From sequence record SRR22947727_788: 33,802 nt of DNA; one strand, written 5' to 3'. The notes under the pieces were generated by a model that searched no databases, had not been told where the DNA came from, and saw nothing but the letters and a program-made list of their open reading frames with translations. Of this stretch, positions 7,868 to 19,253 are shown one piece after another (the stretch's first letter is position 1; each line of letters opens with the position of its first letter). A program made the translations under genes and the position numbers.

Positions 7868-9446
7868 GTCAGTTGTCGTTGTCGGCGGTGGAATCGGCGG
7901 CATTGCCACCGCTGGCTTGTTGGCCCGGGATGGTTACCAGGTGACCCTTGTCGAGGCGCACGCTCGCTTGGGTGGTCGAGCCGGCTTGTGGGAGAAGGAC
8001 GGGTTCCGTTTTGACACCGGACCGTCCTGGTATTTGATGCCCGAGGTTTTTGATCACTGGTACAAACTGATGGGTACCTCGGCAGATGAGCATTTGACGC
8101 TCACCAAGCTGGACCCTGGTTACCGCGTCTACTTTGAGCCTCAGGGTGGCACGAAAGCCGAGATTATTGATGTTCGCGCCAGTCGCGAAGACAACCTCGC
8201 TCTCTTGGAAGAGATTGAGCCAGGGTCCAGGGCGACGATGGAGAAGTACCTCGACTCGGCAAAAGAAACCTACGAGATTGCCAAAGAGTACTTCTTGTAC
8301 ACGTCTTTCCAGAGTTTGCGCACCCTGCTAGTGCCCGCAGTCTTGAAGCGCGTGGGGACGTTGTTCCGCCTGCTGACGACACCCATCATGACGTTCGCGA
8401 AGCGTCACACGAAGAATCCCAAGATTCAGCAACTCCTGGGATACCCCGCGGTGTTCTTGGGTTCCTCCCCCTACATTGCCCCCAGCATGTTCCACCTGAT
8501 GTCCTACCTCGACCTCGAAGATGGGGTTCTTTACGCCGAGGGTGGGTTCACTCGAGTGATCGATTCGATGCGCACCGTGATCGAAGATCACGGTGTCACC
8601 GTGCTCACCCAAGCTCGGGTTTCTGCCATCACCACGGAGAAGAGATCAGGCAAGGCTCACGCCACTGGCGTGACCTATGAGGACTCCCACGGTGTTGCGC
8701 ACACTCTCGAGGCCGACTTTGTGGTCTCCACGACGGATCTTCACCACAGCGAGACAAAACTTCTTCCCACGGAGCTTCAGACTTACCCGCAGTCCTACTG
8801 GGACAAGAAGATTGCGGGACCCAGTGCCGTCCTCCTTTACCTCGGGGTGAAGGGTGAGGTTCCTCAGCTGCTCCATCACACGCTGTTCTTCACGGAGGAC
8901 TGGGACGATAACTTCTCCAAGATTTTTGCCGACAAGCCCACCGTGCCAAACCCTGCGTCGCTCTATGTCTGTAAGCCCAGTGCCACCGACAGTGGGGTTG
9001 CTCCCAAGGGCCACACCAACATCTTCGTTTTGGTCCCCATGCCTGCCGATGTCAGCTTGGGCCACGGCGGAATTGACGGCTCCGGCGACAAGGAGGTGGA
9101 GGCGATAGCAGATCGCGCCATCGAGCAAATCTCACAGTGGAGTGGCGCGAGTGACCTCGCAGAGCGCATTGTGGTGCGGCGAAGTGTGGGCCCGGCAGAC
9201 TTCCAGGCTGACCTGAACGCCTGGATGGGCACTGCCTTGGGCCCTGCTCACACGCTCATGCAGAGCGCATTGTTCCGTTCGGGCAATGTCTCGAAGAAGG
9301 TGCAGGGCCTCTACTACGCAGGAAGCTCCACTATCCCGGGCATTGGCCTGCCGATGTGTTTGATTAGCGCCGAGGTGCTGGTCAAGAGGGTGCGAGGAGA
9401 CGTGTCGACGGCACCCCTTCCCGAACCTCTGATGCCGGTGTCCTAG
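7860..9446 (+). CDS. crtI: Phytoene desaturase
   Basis: GGGIGG Rossmann motif, GFRFDTGPSWYLMP, PGIGLPMCLISA. Confidence 0.95.
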   Translation: MSKSVVVVGGGIGGIATAGLLARDGYQVTLVEAHARLGGRAGLWEKDGFRFDTGPSWYLMPEVFDHWYKLMGTSADEHLTLTKLDPGYRVYFEPQGGTKAEIIDVRASREDNLALLEEIEPGSRATMEKYLDSAKETYEIAKEYFLYTSFQSLRTLLVPAVLKRVGTLFRLLTTPIMTFAKRHTKNPKIQQLLGYPAVFLGSSPYIAPSMFHLMSYLDLEDGVLYAEGGFTRVIDSMRTVIEDHGVTVLTQARVSAITTEKRSGKAHATGVTYEDSHGVAHTLEADFVVSTTDLHHSETKLLPTELQTYPQSYWDKKIAGPSAVLLYLGVKGEVPQLLHHTLFFTEDWDDNFSKIFADKPTVPNPASLYVCKPSATDSGVAPKGHTNIFVLVPMPADVSLGHGGIDGSGDKEVEAIADRAIEQISQWSGASDLAERIVVRRSVGPADFQADLNAWMGTALGPAHTLMQSALFRSGNVSKKVQGLYYAGSSTIPGIGLPMCLISAEVLVKRVRGDVSTAPLPEPLMPVS

Positions 9447-9454
9447 GAGGAGTG

Positions 9455-9781
9455 ATGTCCTTTCTCTACCTGGTGGCGTTGGTGACGTCGTTGGTGGGGA
9501 TCGGTCTGTTGGACTTTCGACACAAGCTGGCGTTCTTCGGTGGCGCCATGCTGCGCTCCGCCGCGATTATCGCGGTGTCGGTGGTGTTTTTTCTGGTCTG
9601 GGACGTGGTGGGTATTGCCACGGGTGTGTTCTTCCGAGGGTCAGGACCCTGGATGACCGGTGTTCTATTGGGTCCTGAGTTGCCCCTCGAAGAACTATTT
9701 TTCCTGATGGTGCTCACCTACTCCACGTTGGTCTCCTACCTGTGGGCCACGAAGGCGCTCGAGGCGAGGCGGAGCGCATGA
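9455..9781 (+). CDS. crtYe: C50 carotenoid cyclase subunit 1 (CrtYe/CrtYg-like)
   Basis: Small 3-TM protein with FFLVWD..GI and PELPLEELFF. Lies directly after crtI. Confidence 0.85.
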   Translation: MSFLYLVALVTSLVGIGLLDFRHKLAFFGGAMLRSAAIIAVSVVFFLVWDVVGIATGVFFRGSGPWMTGVLLGPELPLEELFFLMVLTYSTLVSYLWATKALEARRSA

Positions 9782-10086
9782 CCTACTGGTTGATCAATAT
9801 TCCCTTCCTCCTGGTAGCAGCGCTGGTGCTGGGTGCGGCACTGGGTCGAGGCGTGGCTCCACGCATACTTCCCTGGGTGATATCGGCTGCCGTCATGATG
9901 ACCCTGACGGCGGTGTTTGATAACGCCATCATCGGGACGGGACTTGTCGCCTATGACTCAGAGCTGCTCAGTGGAGTGATGATCGGGCTCGCACCGATTG
10001 AGGACTTTGCCTATACCGGGGCGGCACTGATGATGATTCCAGCCCTCTGGCACCTGCTGGAGCCTCGACCTAGGGAGAGCTCGTGA
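9778..10086 (+). CDS. crtYf: C50 carotenoid cyclase subunit 2 (CrtYf/CrtYh-like)
   Basis: ATGA overlap with the upstream stop. LTAVFDN and APIEDFAY motifs. Confidence 0.85.
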   Translation: MTYWLINIPFLLVAALVLGAALGRGVAPRILPWVISAAVMMTLTAVFDNAIIGTGLVAYDSELLSGVMIGLAPIEDFAYTGAALMMIPALWHLLEPRPRESS

Positions 10087-10949
10087 GCGGACTGCGAACG
10101 CTTGTGGTGAGCTCGCGCCCGTTGAGCTGGATCAACACAGCTTTCCCTTTTGGGCTGACCTACTACCTCTATGTCGCTGAGTTTGATGCGCTCTTTGTCG
10201 TGGGGACTCTGTTTTTCCTTATCCCCTACAACGTCTTGATGTATGGCATCAATGATGTCTTCGATTATGAGTCGGACCTTCGAAACCCGCGGAAAGGTGG
10301 TGTGGAAGGCGCCTTGCTGGGCCCGGAACTTCATCGCCCCATGGTGCTTCTCTCCGTGCTCCTTCCGCTGCCTTTTCTGGTCCCCCTGATTCTCTGGGGG
10401 TCTCTCCTCTCGACTGGCGTGCTCGCCTTGGCGCTGTTCTTTGTGGTGGCCTACTCCGCCAAGAACTTTAGATTCAAGGAGATCCCTTTTGTGGACTCCG
10501 TGACCTCGAGTCTGCACTTTGTGATGCCAGCGGTCTTTGCCATGGCTCTTGTTGATGCTGAGCTGACGGGATTGTCGCTCACCCTGCTCGCGTCTTTCTT
10601 CTTCTGGGGGATGGCGTCTCACGCTTTTGGCGCCGTCCAGGACGTGCTGGCGGACCGCGAGGCAGGAGTTGGATCCATTGCCACCGCGATTGGCGCTAAA
10701 GGTACGGTGCGCTTTGCCGTCGTGCTCTATCTGGTCGCTGGCCTCACCGTGTTGGTCACCCCGTGGCCACTGCCCCTGATTGCGCCTGTTGCACTGCTCT
10801 ATGTGGGCGCCCTCGCACCGTGGTGGTCCGTGAGCGATGAGGATGCGTGGAAAGCGAATCGCAGCTGGAAGTGGTTCTTGGGTTTGAACTTTGTTGCCGG
10901 TGCGGTGGTCGTGCTGGTGCTCTTTGAGTGGTGGCAGGTCACCGCCTAG
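10083..10949 (+). CDS. crtEb: Lycopene elongase (UbiA prenyltransferase family)
   Basis: SSRPLSWINTAFPF, YGINDVFDYESDLRNPRKGGVEG, SHAFGAVQD. Confidence 0.9.
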   Translation: MSGLRTLVVSSRPLSWINTAFPFGLTYYLYVAEFDALFVVGTLFFLIPYNVLMYGINDVFDYESDLRNPRKGGVEGALLGPELHRPMVLLSVLLPLPFLVPLILWGSLLSTGVLALALFFVVAYSAKNFRFKEIPFVDSVTSSLHFVMPAVFAMALVDAELTGLSLTLLASFFFWGMASHAFGAVQDVLADREAGVGSIATAIGAKGTVRFAVVLYLVAGLTVLVTPWPLPLIAPVALLYVGALAPWWSVSDEDAWKANRSWKWFLGLNFVAGAVVVLVLFEWWQVTA

Positions 10950-10953
10950 GAGT

Positions 10954-10983
10954 GTTACGTCACGATTTGTAAGGTGGCGTAAT
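10954..10983. promoter_or_regulatory. Inverted repeat after crtEb overlapping a -10 hexamer (terminator hairpin or operator)
   Basis: gttacgtcac-N10-gtggcgtaat. TAAGGT at 10970-10975. Confidence 0.45.
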
Positions 10984-10999
10984 GAACCAGCACCGGTGA
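10982..10999 (+). other. Candidate leaderless short uORF (MNQHR) in the carbonic anhydrase leader
   Basis: TAAGGT + 6 nt + ATG AAC CAG CAC CGG TGA, the same geometry as 11 apparently leaderless genes in the window. Confidence 0.35.
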
Positions 11000-11050
11000 C
11001 CCGCTCTCCCGTACTCTTCTGAGAATTCACCACCCATCGAAGGAGACACC

Positions 11051-11542
11051 GTGAGCGTTACCGACCAGCTTGTAGCAAACAACGAGACCTATGCGGCCAC
11101 TTTCAGCGGCCCGCTTCCCTTGCCCCCGTCAAAGCATGTAGCGGTCGTGGCCTGCATGGACGCTCGCCTCAACGTCTATGGGGCCCTGGGCCTGGCGGAG
11201 GGCGAAGCTCACGTTATCCGGAACGCTGGAGGCGTCATCACCGAGGATGAGATTCGGTCGCTGGCAATTAGCCAGCGTCTGCTCGGAACGAAGGAAATCA
11301 TCTTGATTCACCACACCGATTGCGGGATGCTGACCTTCACAGACGATGGATTCAAAGCCGACATCGAGGCTGAAACCGGAATCCGACCTTCATGGGCTGC
11401 CGAAGCGTTCGCGGACGAGTTTGAGGATGTTCGTCAGTCTCTGAAGCGCGTGCAGAGCTCGCCGTTTATTCCCCTCAAGGATTCTGTCCGTGGATTTGTT
11501 TTTGATGTCGCCACTGGGCGACTCAACGAAGTTACCCTCTAG
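11051..11542 (+). CDS. Beta-class carbonic anhydrase (Rv1284/Cab-like)
   Basis: ACMDAR, IRNAGG and HHTDCG zinc-ligand motifs. SD AAGGAG. Confidence 0.94.
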   Translation: MSVTDQLVANNETYAATFSGPLPLPPSKHVAVVACMDARLNVYGALGLAEGEAHVIRNAGGVITEDEIRSLAISQRLLGTKEIILIHHTDCGMLTFTDDGFKADIEAETGIRPSWAAEAFADEFEDVRQSLKRVQSSPFIPLKDSVRGFVFDVATGRLNEVTL

Positions 11543-11608
11543 CGCGGAGTGCCGACGCGAGTGAGCGGGCCCTAATTGTCGGGATTCACTTGCTCGCGGC
11601 GGTCCGCG
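11543..11608. terminator. Long imperfect hairpin between convergent genes, probable bidirectional terminator
   Basis: cgcgga..ccgacgcgagtgagcgggccc pairs with ggg.ttcacttgctcgcggcggtccgcg. The right arm is the 3' end of the MFS CDS. Confidence 0.55.
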
Positions 11609-12986
11609 GCGGTGCCTTCACGAAGAGCAACATTATGCCCCCCGCGAGCAGGACCAGAGCAATTCCCAGGAGCCCAAAGAGGGTTTGGCTACCGGCAAGC
11701 GCAATGAACACGCCCCAAGCGAGTGAGGCCATCCAGCCGGCAGCGCGACCCGTGGTGGCATAAAGGCCAAAGACCTCACCCTCTTTGCCCGCGGGGGTCA
11801 CCCGCGCGAGAAAGGAACGAGAGGCGGCCTGCGCGGGCCCTACAAACATCGCCAAAATCAACCCGGCCACCCAGAACATGGGGATTCCCAAGTCGACAAG
11901 GAAGAACACGCTCAACGTGCAGGCGACGAGACCGAAGACTGAGACAACAATCACGTTCTTGGGTCCGAAGCGATCATCGAGGCGGCCCGCAAAGATGGTG
12001 GAAATCCCCGCTACAAGGTTGAGGGCAATACCAAAGACGACGAGGTCGGTGAAGCTGAATCCGAAAACGATGCTGGCGATGACCGAGCCGAACACGAACA
12101 CTGCCGAGAGCCCATCGCGATAGACGGCACTAGCGAGCAGGAACCAGAAGGTTGCTCGGGATTCCCGGTACAGGCGGGCGATGCTGCGACCCAGCTCCAC
12201 GTAACTGCGCCAAAAGCCCACTTTCTCGACTGCGCTCAGCTTGGGGGGCTCGGGAACGTTGAGAAATATGGGGATGACGAAAATTATGGTCCAGATAGCG
12301 GACCCCAGAGCGACCAGTTGGAATGTTGAGGCAACCTCGCCATCGAGCACACCCCCCAGGATCAGGCCGACGACAAGCGCTAGTGCGAGGATGCCGCCGA
12401 GGTATCCAAATCCCCAGCCCAACCCCGACACCTTGCCCACTGTTTTAGGAGTCGAGATTGAGACCAGGAGGGCGTTGTAGTTGACACCCGCAATTTCGCC
12501 GAAGATGCTTCCCACTGCTATCAGTGCGACGCCAATCCAAAACCATTCGGCGCCAGGTTGAACTGAGGCAAGACCCAGCTGGGAGACGATGAGGAGGATG
12601 GTGAAAAGCAACAACTGGAACTTTTGACGACCAGTTCGATCCGCTCGTTGCCCCAAGACTGGAGCCAGCAAAGCGATGAGGAGACCGGCAGCAGTAATGC
12701 CGTAGCCAAGATTGCTGGCGAGTTGTCCTAAAGCAGCCTCCTCACTTGCCGTCCCGACCACCGCGGGATCTATGAAGAATGTGCTGGTGAGGTAACTGGG
12801 GACCCAGACGAACGTCAGAAGAACGGTATTAAAGGGCTGGGTAGCCCAGTCCCAAAACGCCCACGACCACACTCGTCGGCGGGGAATGTCTTTCCCTTCG
12901 TTTCCTGCGAGGCCCACCACGGGCAACGCGTCGGTAGAGGTCAGGTAGGAGGGGGTGCTGGGTTTGGGCGAACCGTCATTGGTCAT
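11586..12986 (-). CDS. MFS transporter (ATG22/UMF1-like)
   Basis: SWAFWDWATQPF, GKVSGLGWGFGYLGG, QAASRSFLAR, FGLYATTGR. About 12 TM segments. Confidence 0.9.
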   Translation of the reverse strand: MTNDGSPKPSTPSYLTSTDALPVVGLAGNEGKDIPRRRVWSWAFWDWATQPFNTVLLTFVWVPSYLTSTFFIDPAVVGTASEEAALGQLASNLGYGITAAGLLIALLAPVLGQRADRTGRQKFQLLLFTILLIVSQLGLASVQPGAEWFWIGVALIAVGSIFGEIAGVNYNALLVSISTPKTVGKVSGLGWGFGYLGGILALALVVGLILGGVLDGEVASTFQLVALGSAIWTIIFVIPIFLNVPEPPKLSAVEKVGFWRSYVELGRSIARLYRESRATFWFLLASAVYRDGLSAVFVFGSVIASIVFGFSFTDLVVFGIALNLVAGISTIFAGRLDDRFGPKNVIVVSVFGLVACTLSVFFLVDLGIPMFWVAGLILAMFVGPAQAASRSFLARVTPAGKEGEVFGLYATTGRAAGWMASLAWGVFIALAGSQTLFGLLGIALVLLAGGIMLLFVKAPPRTAASK

Positions 12987-13054
12987 GAGAAAACCGTAGT
13001 CCTCCCGGACAAATTTTGGGTAAATTTCCGTCGCACTCGAGGGCTTGAGATAAA

Positions 13055-15028
<1,974 letters not shown>

Positions 15029-15033
15029 GTCTC

Positions 15034-15627
15034 ATGGCACGCGATACAGAACCTCAGCCCGGCGGGGACGAGGAACCTCAGGAGCCACTGTTCACGGACA
15101 AGCGTCGTGTTGATCCAGAAACCGGAGATGTCCGTCCCGAGGCAGCGGATGCTGCCTCGGACGAACTCTCCGAGGACGATATGGCCCTGCTTCAGGAAGC
15201 GGAGCGTGATTTGGTGGCGGAATACCGTGACCGAGCCGCACGTGCCGAAGCCGAGTTGCAGAACTTCCGCACCCGAGTGGAGCGCGATCGTCAAGCAAAT
15301 CGAGAGATCGTGATTGCTGAAGTGATTCGGTCTTTGCTTCCTGTGATGGATGATCTGGACCGTGCTGAAGCGCACGGCGATTTGGCGGGAACACCGCTGG
15401 AACTGGTGGCACAGAAATTGCGCTCCAGTTTTGAGCGTTATGACGTCAAGCCGGTGGGTGAGGTCGGAGACGCCTTTGATCCTGCCGTCCACGAGGCCAT
15501 GGTGCGCATTCCTGAAGCGGGAGCGCAGGGAGAAACAGTTGCTGAGGTCATCGAAGGTGGTTACACCCTCGGTGAGCGCCTCATCCGTGCCGCCAAAGTT
15601 GCGGTGAAGGTTCCAGCGGACGAGTAG
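15034..15627 (+). CDS. grpE: Nucleotide exchange factor GrpE
   Basis: AELQNFRTR, LLPVMDDLDRA, FDPAVHEA, GYTLGERLIRAAKV. Confidence 0.95.
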   Translation: MARDTEPQPGGDEEPQEPLFTDKRRVDPETGDVRPEAADAASDELSEDDMALLQEAERDLVAEYRDRAARAEAELQNFRTRVERDRQANREIVIAEVIRSLLPVMDDLDRAEAHGDLAGTPLELVAQKLRSSFERYDVKPVGEVGDAFDPAVHEAMVRIPEAGAQGETVAEVIEGGYTLGERLIRAAKVAVKVPADE

Positions 15628-15639
15628 GGAGGTGGGGTA

Positions 15640-16593
15640 ATGGCGAGCCAGGATTGGTTAGAAAAGGATTTCTATCAGGTACTCGGGGTGTCGAAAGATG
15701 CCAGCGTGTCAGACATTAAGAAGACCTATCGTTCGCTGGCTCGACAATTCCACCCCGATTCCAACCCGGGCGATGCGGCCGCGGAGGCCCGCTTCAAAGA
15801 AATCTCTGAGGCGTACTCGGTGCTCTCTGATGAACAGCAGCGCGCTGAGTACGACCAGATTCGTGCCATGCAGGCGGGCCGTCCACGGTTCACCGCGGGT
15901 GGTGGGCCAGGCGGCTTCGATGACGTTTTCGGCGGAATGTTCGGCGGCGCACCTCGTGGTGCTCAGAGCGCCGATTTTGGTGACCTGTTCTCCGGTTTGT
16001 TCGGCGGCGGTCAAGGGGGATTCTCGGGGTATCGCGAGCCCACCAAGGGTCGCGATGTGATCTCCCGGGTGACCCTGGAGTTGCCCACCGCTCTCAAGGG
16101 GACAGAAATCTCGCTCGAGGGACCAGGCGGGAAGAAAATCACCGCTCGAGTTCCGGCAGGGGTGAAAGACGGCCAGAAAATCCGCATCCGAGGAAAAGGT
16201 CACCCCAGCCCTGATGGCGGAAAACCCGGTGATGTGATCATCACCGTCGGTGTTCCCAAACACCAGATTTTTGGCCGTGATGGTGACAATCTTCGTCTTG
16301 AGGTCCCTATTACCTTTGGTGAGGCCACGCTCGGCGCGACCATCGAAGTGCCCACCATCGAGGGTGAGGTCGTGAAGGTGAAGGTGCCGGCGGGAACCCC
16401 CAGCGGCAAAGTCCTCAGAGTCAAGGGCCACGGCGTTCGAGCGGGAGCAGCTCTCGGTGATTTGCTAGTGGAGTTGCAGGTGGCGGTCCCCGCACACCTG
16501 TCGAAGGTCGCTCAGGGACACCTCGAGAAGCTGATGTCGGCGCTGCCCAAGGAGAACCCTCGAGAGGATCTTCTCAAGAGAGCGGGGGTGTAG
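15640..16593 (+). CDS. dnaJ: DnaJ, class B (J domain, G/F region and C-terminal domain; no zinc finger)
   Basis: HPD motif and G/F-rich linker. No CxxCxGxG repeats and no Cys at all. Confidence 0.93.
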   Translation: MASQDWLEKDFYQVLGVSKDASVSDIKKTYRSLARQFHPDSNPGDAAAEARFKEISEAYSVLSDEQQRAEYDQIRAMQAGRPRFTAGGGPGGFDDVFGGMFGGAPRGAQSADFGDLFSGLFGGGQGGFSGYREPTKGRDVISRVTLELPTALKGTEISLEGPGGKKITARVPAGVKDGQKIRIRGKGHPSPDGGKPGDVIITVGVPKHQIFGRDGDNLRLEVPITFGEATLGATIEVPTIEGEVVKVKVPAGTPSGKVLRVKGHGVRAGAALGDLLVELQVAVPAHLSKVAQGHLEKLMSALPKENPREDLLKRAGV

Positions 16594-16596
16594 ACC

Positions 16597-17046
16597 ATGG
16601 ACATGGACGAGAGAACACCGCTGTTTGCCATTACCGCCGCTGCGGAGCTCGCGGGAATGCACCCGCAAACACTGCGCCAGTATGACCGTTTGGGGTTGGT
16701 CAGTCCCACTCGCACAGCCGGTCGGACAAGGCGATACTCCATGAAGGATGTCGTGCAACTGCGCGAGATTTCCCGACTCAGCGCTGAAGGTCTCAACCTC
16801 GAAGGAATCAAGCGAATCCTGGAACTCGAGTCCCAGGTCGATGCTTTGCAACGCAGAGTGCGGGACTTAGAGGCAACTCTTGCGGACGAGCTCCTGCAGA
16901 AATCAGGTCGCCGAGTATTTGCCGCCGGAGCAGAAGGAGATGTCATCCCCCTTCGACAGGGTGAGCGCGCGAAGAAACAGAACCAGATGGTGGTGTGGAA
17001 TCCCTTTGGCTGGAGCCCACCGCCGGCTAAGAAGCTAGAGAAGTAG
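16597..17046 (+). CDS. hspR: Heat-shock repressor HspR (MerR family)
   Basis: AAELAGMHPQTLRQYDRLGLV..RT.G..RRYS, GLNLEGIKRILELE. Confidence 0.95.
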   Translation: MDMDERTPLFAITAAAELAGMHPQTLRQYDRLGLVSPTRTAGRTRRYSMKDVVQLREISRLSAEGLNLEGIKRILELESQVDALQRRVRDLEATLADELLQKSGRRVFAAGAEGDVIPLRQGERAKKQNQMVVWNPFGWSPPPAKKLEK

Positions 17047-17058
17047 AGGAGGGACACC

Positions 17059-19203
17059 ATGGCAGAGCAGAAACAAGCACAGGGTCAGGAAAGCGCCCTC
17101 GAGCAATATGGAGTGAACCTCACCGAGATAGCTCGGGAAGGAAAACTTGACCCTGTAATTGGTCGTGACGCCGAAATTCGTCGAGTGTCCCAGGTTCTGA
17201 CCAGGCGGACCAAGAACAACCCGGTCCTGATCGGTGAACCCGGTGTGGGAAAGACCGCTGTGGTCGAGGGTCTGGCCCAGCGCATTGTCGCGGGCGATGT
17301 TGCGGACTCTCTTAAAGGTAAGCAATTGATTTCGCTAGACCTCTCGGCCATCGTTGCAGGCGCTAAGTATCGGGGAGAGTTTGAGGAGCGGCTGAAGGCG
17401 GTCCTCAAGGAGATCAACGATGCAGAGGGCGAGATCATCACGTTTGTTGATGAGCTCCACACTCTGATGGGCGCAGGCGGTGGCGAGGGTTCGGTCGCGG
17501 CAGCGAACATGTTGAAGCCGATGCTCGCTCGCGGCGAGCTCCGACTCATCGGTGCCACCACGTTGAACGAGTACCGCGAATACGTTGAGAAGGACGCCGC
17601 ACTGGAGCGCCGATTTCAGCAGGTGTTCGTTGGCGAACCTAGTGTCGAAGACACGGTCGCCATTCTTCGAGGACTGAAAGAGCGCTATGAAGCTCACCAC
17701 AAAGTGGTCATCGCCGACAGTGCTCTCGTCGCGGCAGCAACGCTTTCCAACCGATACATCACTGCTCGCCAGCTCCCAGACAAAGCGATTGACCTCATCG
17801 ACGAGGCAGCGAGTCGTTTGAAGATGGAAATTGAGTCATCGCCCGTCGAAATCGATGAGCTTCGTCGCACCGTTGATCGGATGCGCATTGAGGAGCTCGC
17901 TCTCAAGAAAGAAAAGGACGATGCGTCCAAAGAGCGTCTGAAGAAGCTTCGCGAAGATTTGGAGGAAAAGGGTGCTGAGCTCGATGCTCTGCAGCAGCGC
18001 TGGGCTGCTGAAAAAGCGTCCCTTCAGGATGTGGGTGAGTTGAAGACTCAACTCAACGATGCTCGCATTGAGTTGGACCGAGCGATGCGCGAAGGTGATT
18101 ATCAAGCCGCTTCCAAACTCAACTACGAGGTCATTCCGGGCATTGAGGAATCTATTGCGACAGCAGAGAGCGCGGAGCGCAGTGATGACCGCATGGTGAA
18201 TGACCAAGTCACTGACGAGGACATCGCCGCCGTTGTCGCGGCCTGGACCGGTATTCCGGTTGACAAGCTCACACAGGGTGAAACCGAGCGACTTCTTCAC
18301 CTCGAAAGTGAATTGGCGCGACGTCTAGTCGGCCAAAAAGATGCTGTTCGCGCCGTGAGCGAAGCAGTGCGGCGCACCCGCGCAGGTCTGAGCGACCCTG
18401 GTCGCCCCACGGGGTCCTTTATGTTCCTCGGGCCCACCGGTGTGGGAAAGACGGAGCTCGCTAAGGCGCTTGCTGATTATCTGTTCGACGACGAGAAAGC
18501 TCTCGTTCGGATCGATATGAGCGAGTATGGAGAGAAGTTCTCCGTCTCGCGCCTCATCGGCGCTCCTCCGGGATACGTCGGTTATGAGCAGGGTGGTCAG
18601 CTCACGGAGGCTGTTCGTCGGCGCCCCTACTCGGTGATTTTGCTCGATGAAGTGGAGAAGGCCCACCCGGAGGTGTTCGATCTCCTCCTGCAGGTTCTGG
18701 ATGATGGTCGACTGACCGATGGCCAGGGTCGAACCGTGGACTTCCGCAACACGATTCTGATTTTGACCTCGAACCTGGGGTCCGCCTCCCTTATCGAGGA
18801 GGGTGTGCCGTGGGAGGCGAAGGTGGAAGCTGTTCATCAAGAGGTTCGTCGAGCTTTCAAACCAGAGTTTGTGAACCGCCTCGATGACATCGTCGTGTTC
18901 TCGACCTTGACAGCGGAGGATCTGGGACAGATTGTCGAAATTACCGTGGACCGTCTGCAGAGCCGTCTCGCAGATCGGCGACTTGACCTCGCGGTCACTC
19001 CGGCAGCACGGTTGTGGCTCGCAGATAACGGGTATGACCCGGTCTATGGCGCGAGGCCACTGCGTCGTCTGATGCAGAAAGAAATCGATGACCGCCTGGC
19101 CAGAGCATTGCTCTCGGGAGAAATTCACGATGGAGACACCGTGAAAGTGGATCTTGCCGAAGGCGCATCGGGTCTTCAGGTTCAGCGCTTCTCGGTGGAA
19201 TAG
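17059..19203 (+). CDS. clpB: ClpB disaggregase lacking the N-terminal Clp-repeat domain, 714 aa
   Basis: Two AAA+ modules ([16 protein letters not shown]), coiled-coil M domain, GYVG pore loop. Starts about 12 aa before NBD1. SD AGGAGG. Confidence 0.94.
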   Translation: MAEQKQAQGQESALEQYGVNLTEIAREGKLDPVIGRDAEIRRVSQVLTRRTKNNPVLIGEPGVGKTAVVEGLAQRIVAGDVADSLKGKQLISLDLSAIVAGAKYRGEFEERLKAVLKEINDAEGEIITFVDELHTLMGAGGGEGSVAAANMLKPMLARGELRLIGATTLNEYREYVEKDAALERRFQQVFVGEPSVEDTVAILRGLKERYEAHHKVVIADSALVAAATLSNRYITARQLPDKAIDLIDEAASRLKMEIESSPVEIDELRRTVDRMRIEELALKKEKDDASKERLKKLREDLEEKGAELDALQQRWAAEKASLQDVGELKTQLNDARIELDRAMREGDYQAASKLNYEVIPGIEESIATAESAERSDDRMVNDQVTDEDIAAVVAAWTGIPVDKLTQGETERLLHLESELARRLVGQKDAVRAVSEAVRRTRAGLSDPGRPTGSFMFLGPTGVGKTELAKALADYLFDDEKALVRIDMSEYGEKFSVSRLIGAPPGYVGYEQGGQLTEAVRRRPYSVILLDEVEKAHPEVFDLLLQVLDDGRLTDGQGRTVDFRNTILILTSNLGSASLIEEGVPWEAKVEAVHQEVRRAFKPEFVNRLDDIVVFSTLTAEDLGQIVEITVDRLQSRLADRRLDLAVTPAARLWLADNGYDPVYGARPLRRLMQKEIDDRLARALLSGEIHDGDTVKVDLAEGASGLQVQRFSVE

Positions 19204-19253
19204 ATTTCCCCATCGTGTTGTCTAGTCCAGAGTGACCCTATGAAAGGAACAGA

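Noticed and set aside
10011..11033. 340-aa minus-strand ORF
   Set aside because: Antisense to crtEb with no recognisable motifs; typical high-GC shadow frame.
17059..17100. clpB as a 5'-truncated pseudogene
   Set aside because: Strong SD, intact frame and all catalytic motifs present, so it looks functional.
15709..19128. Long antisense ORFs opposite dnaJ, hspR and clpB
   Set aside because: Expected from codon bias of conserved genes. No SD or protein motifs.
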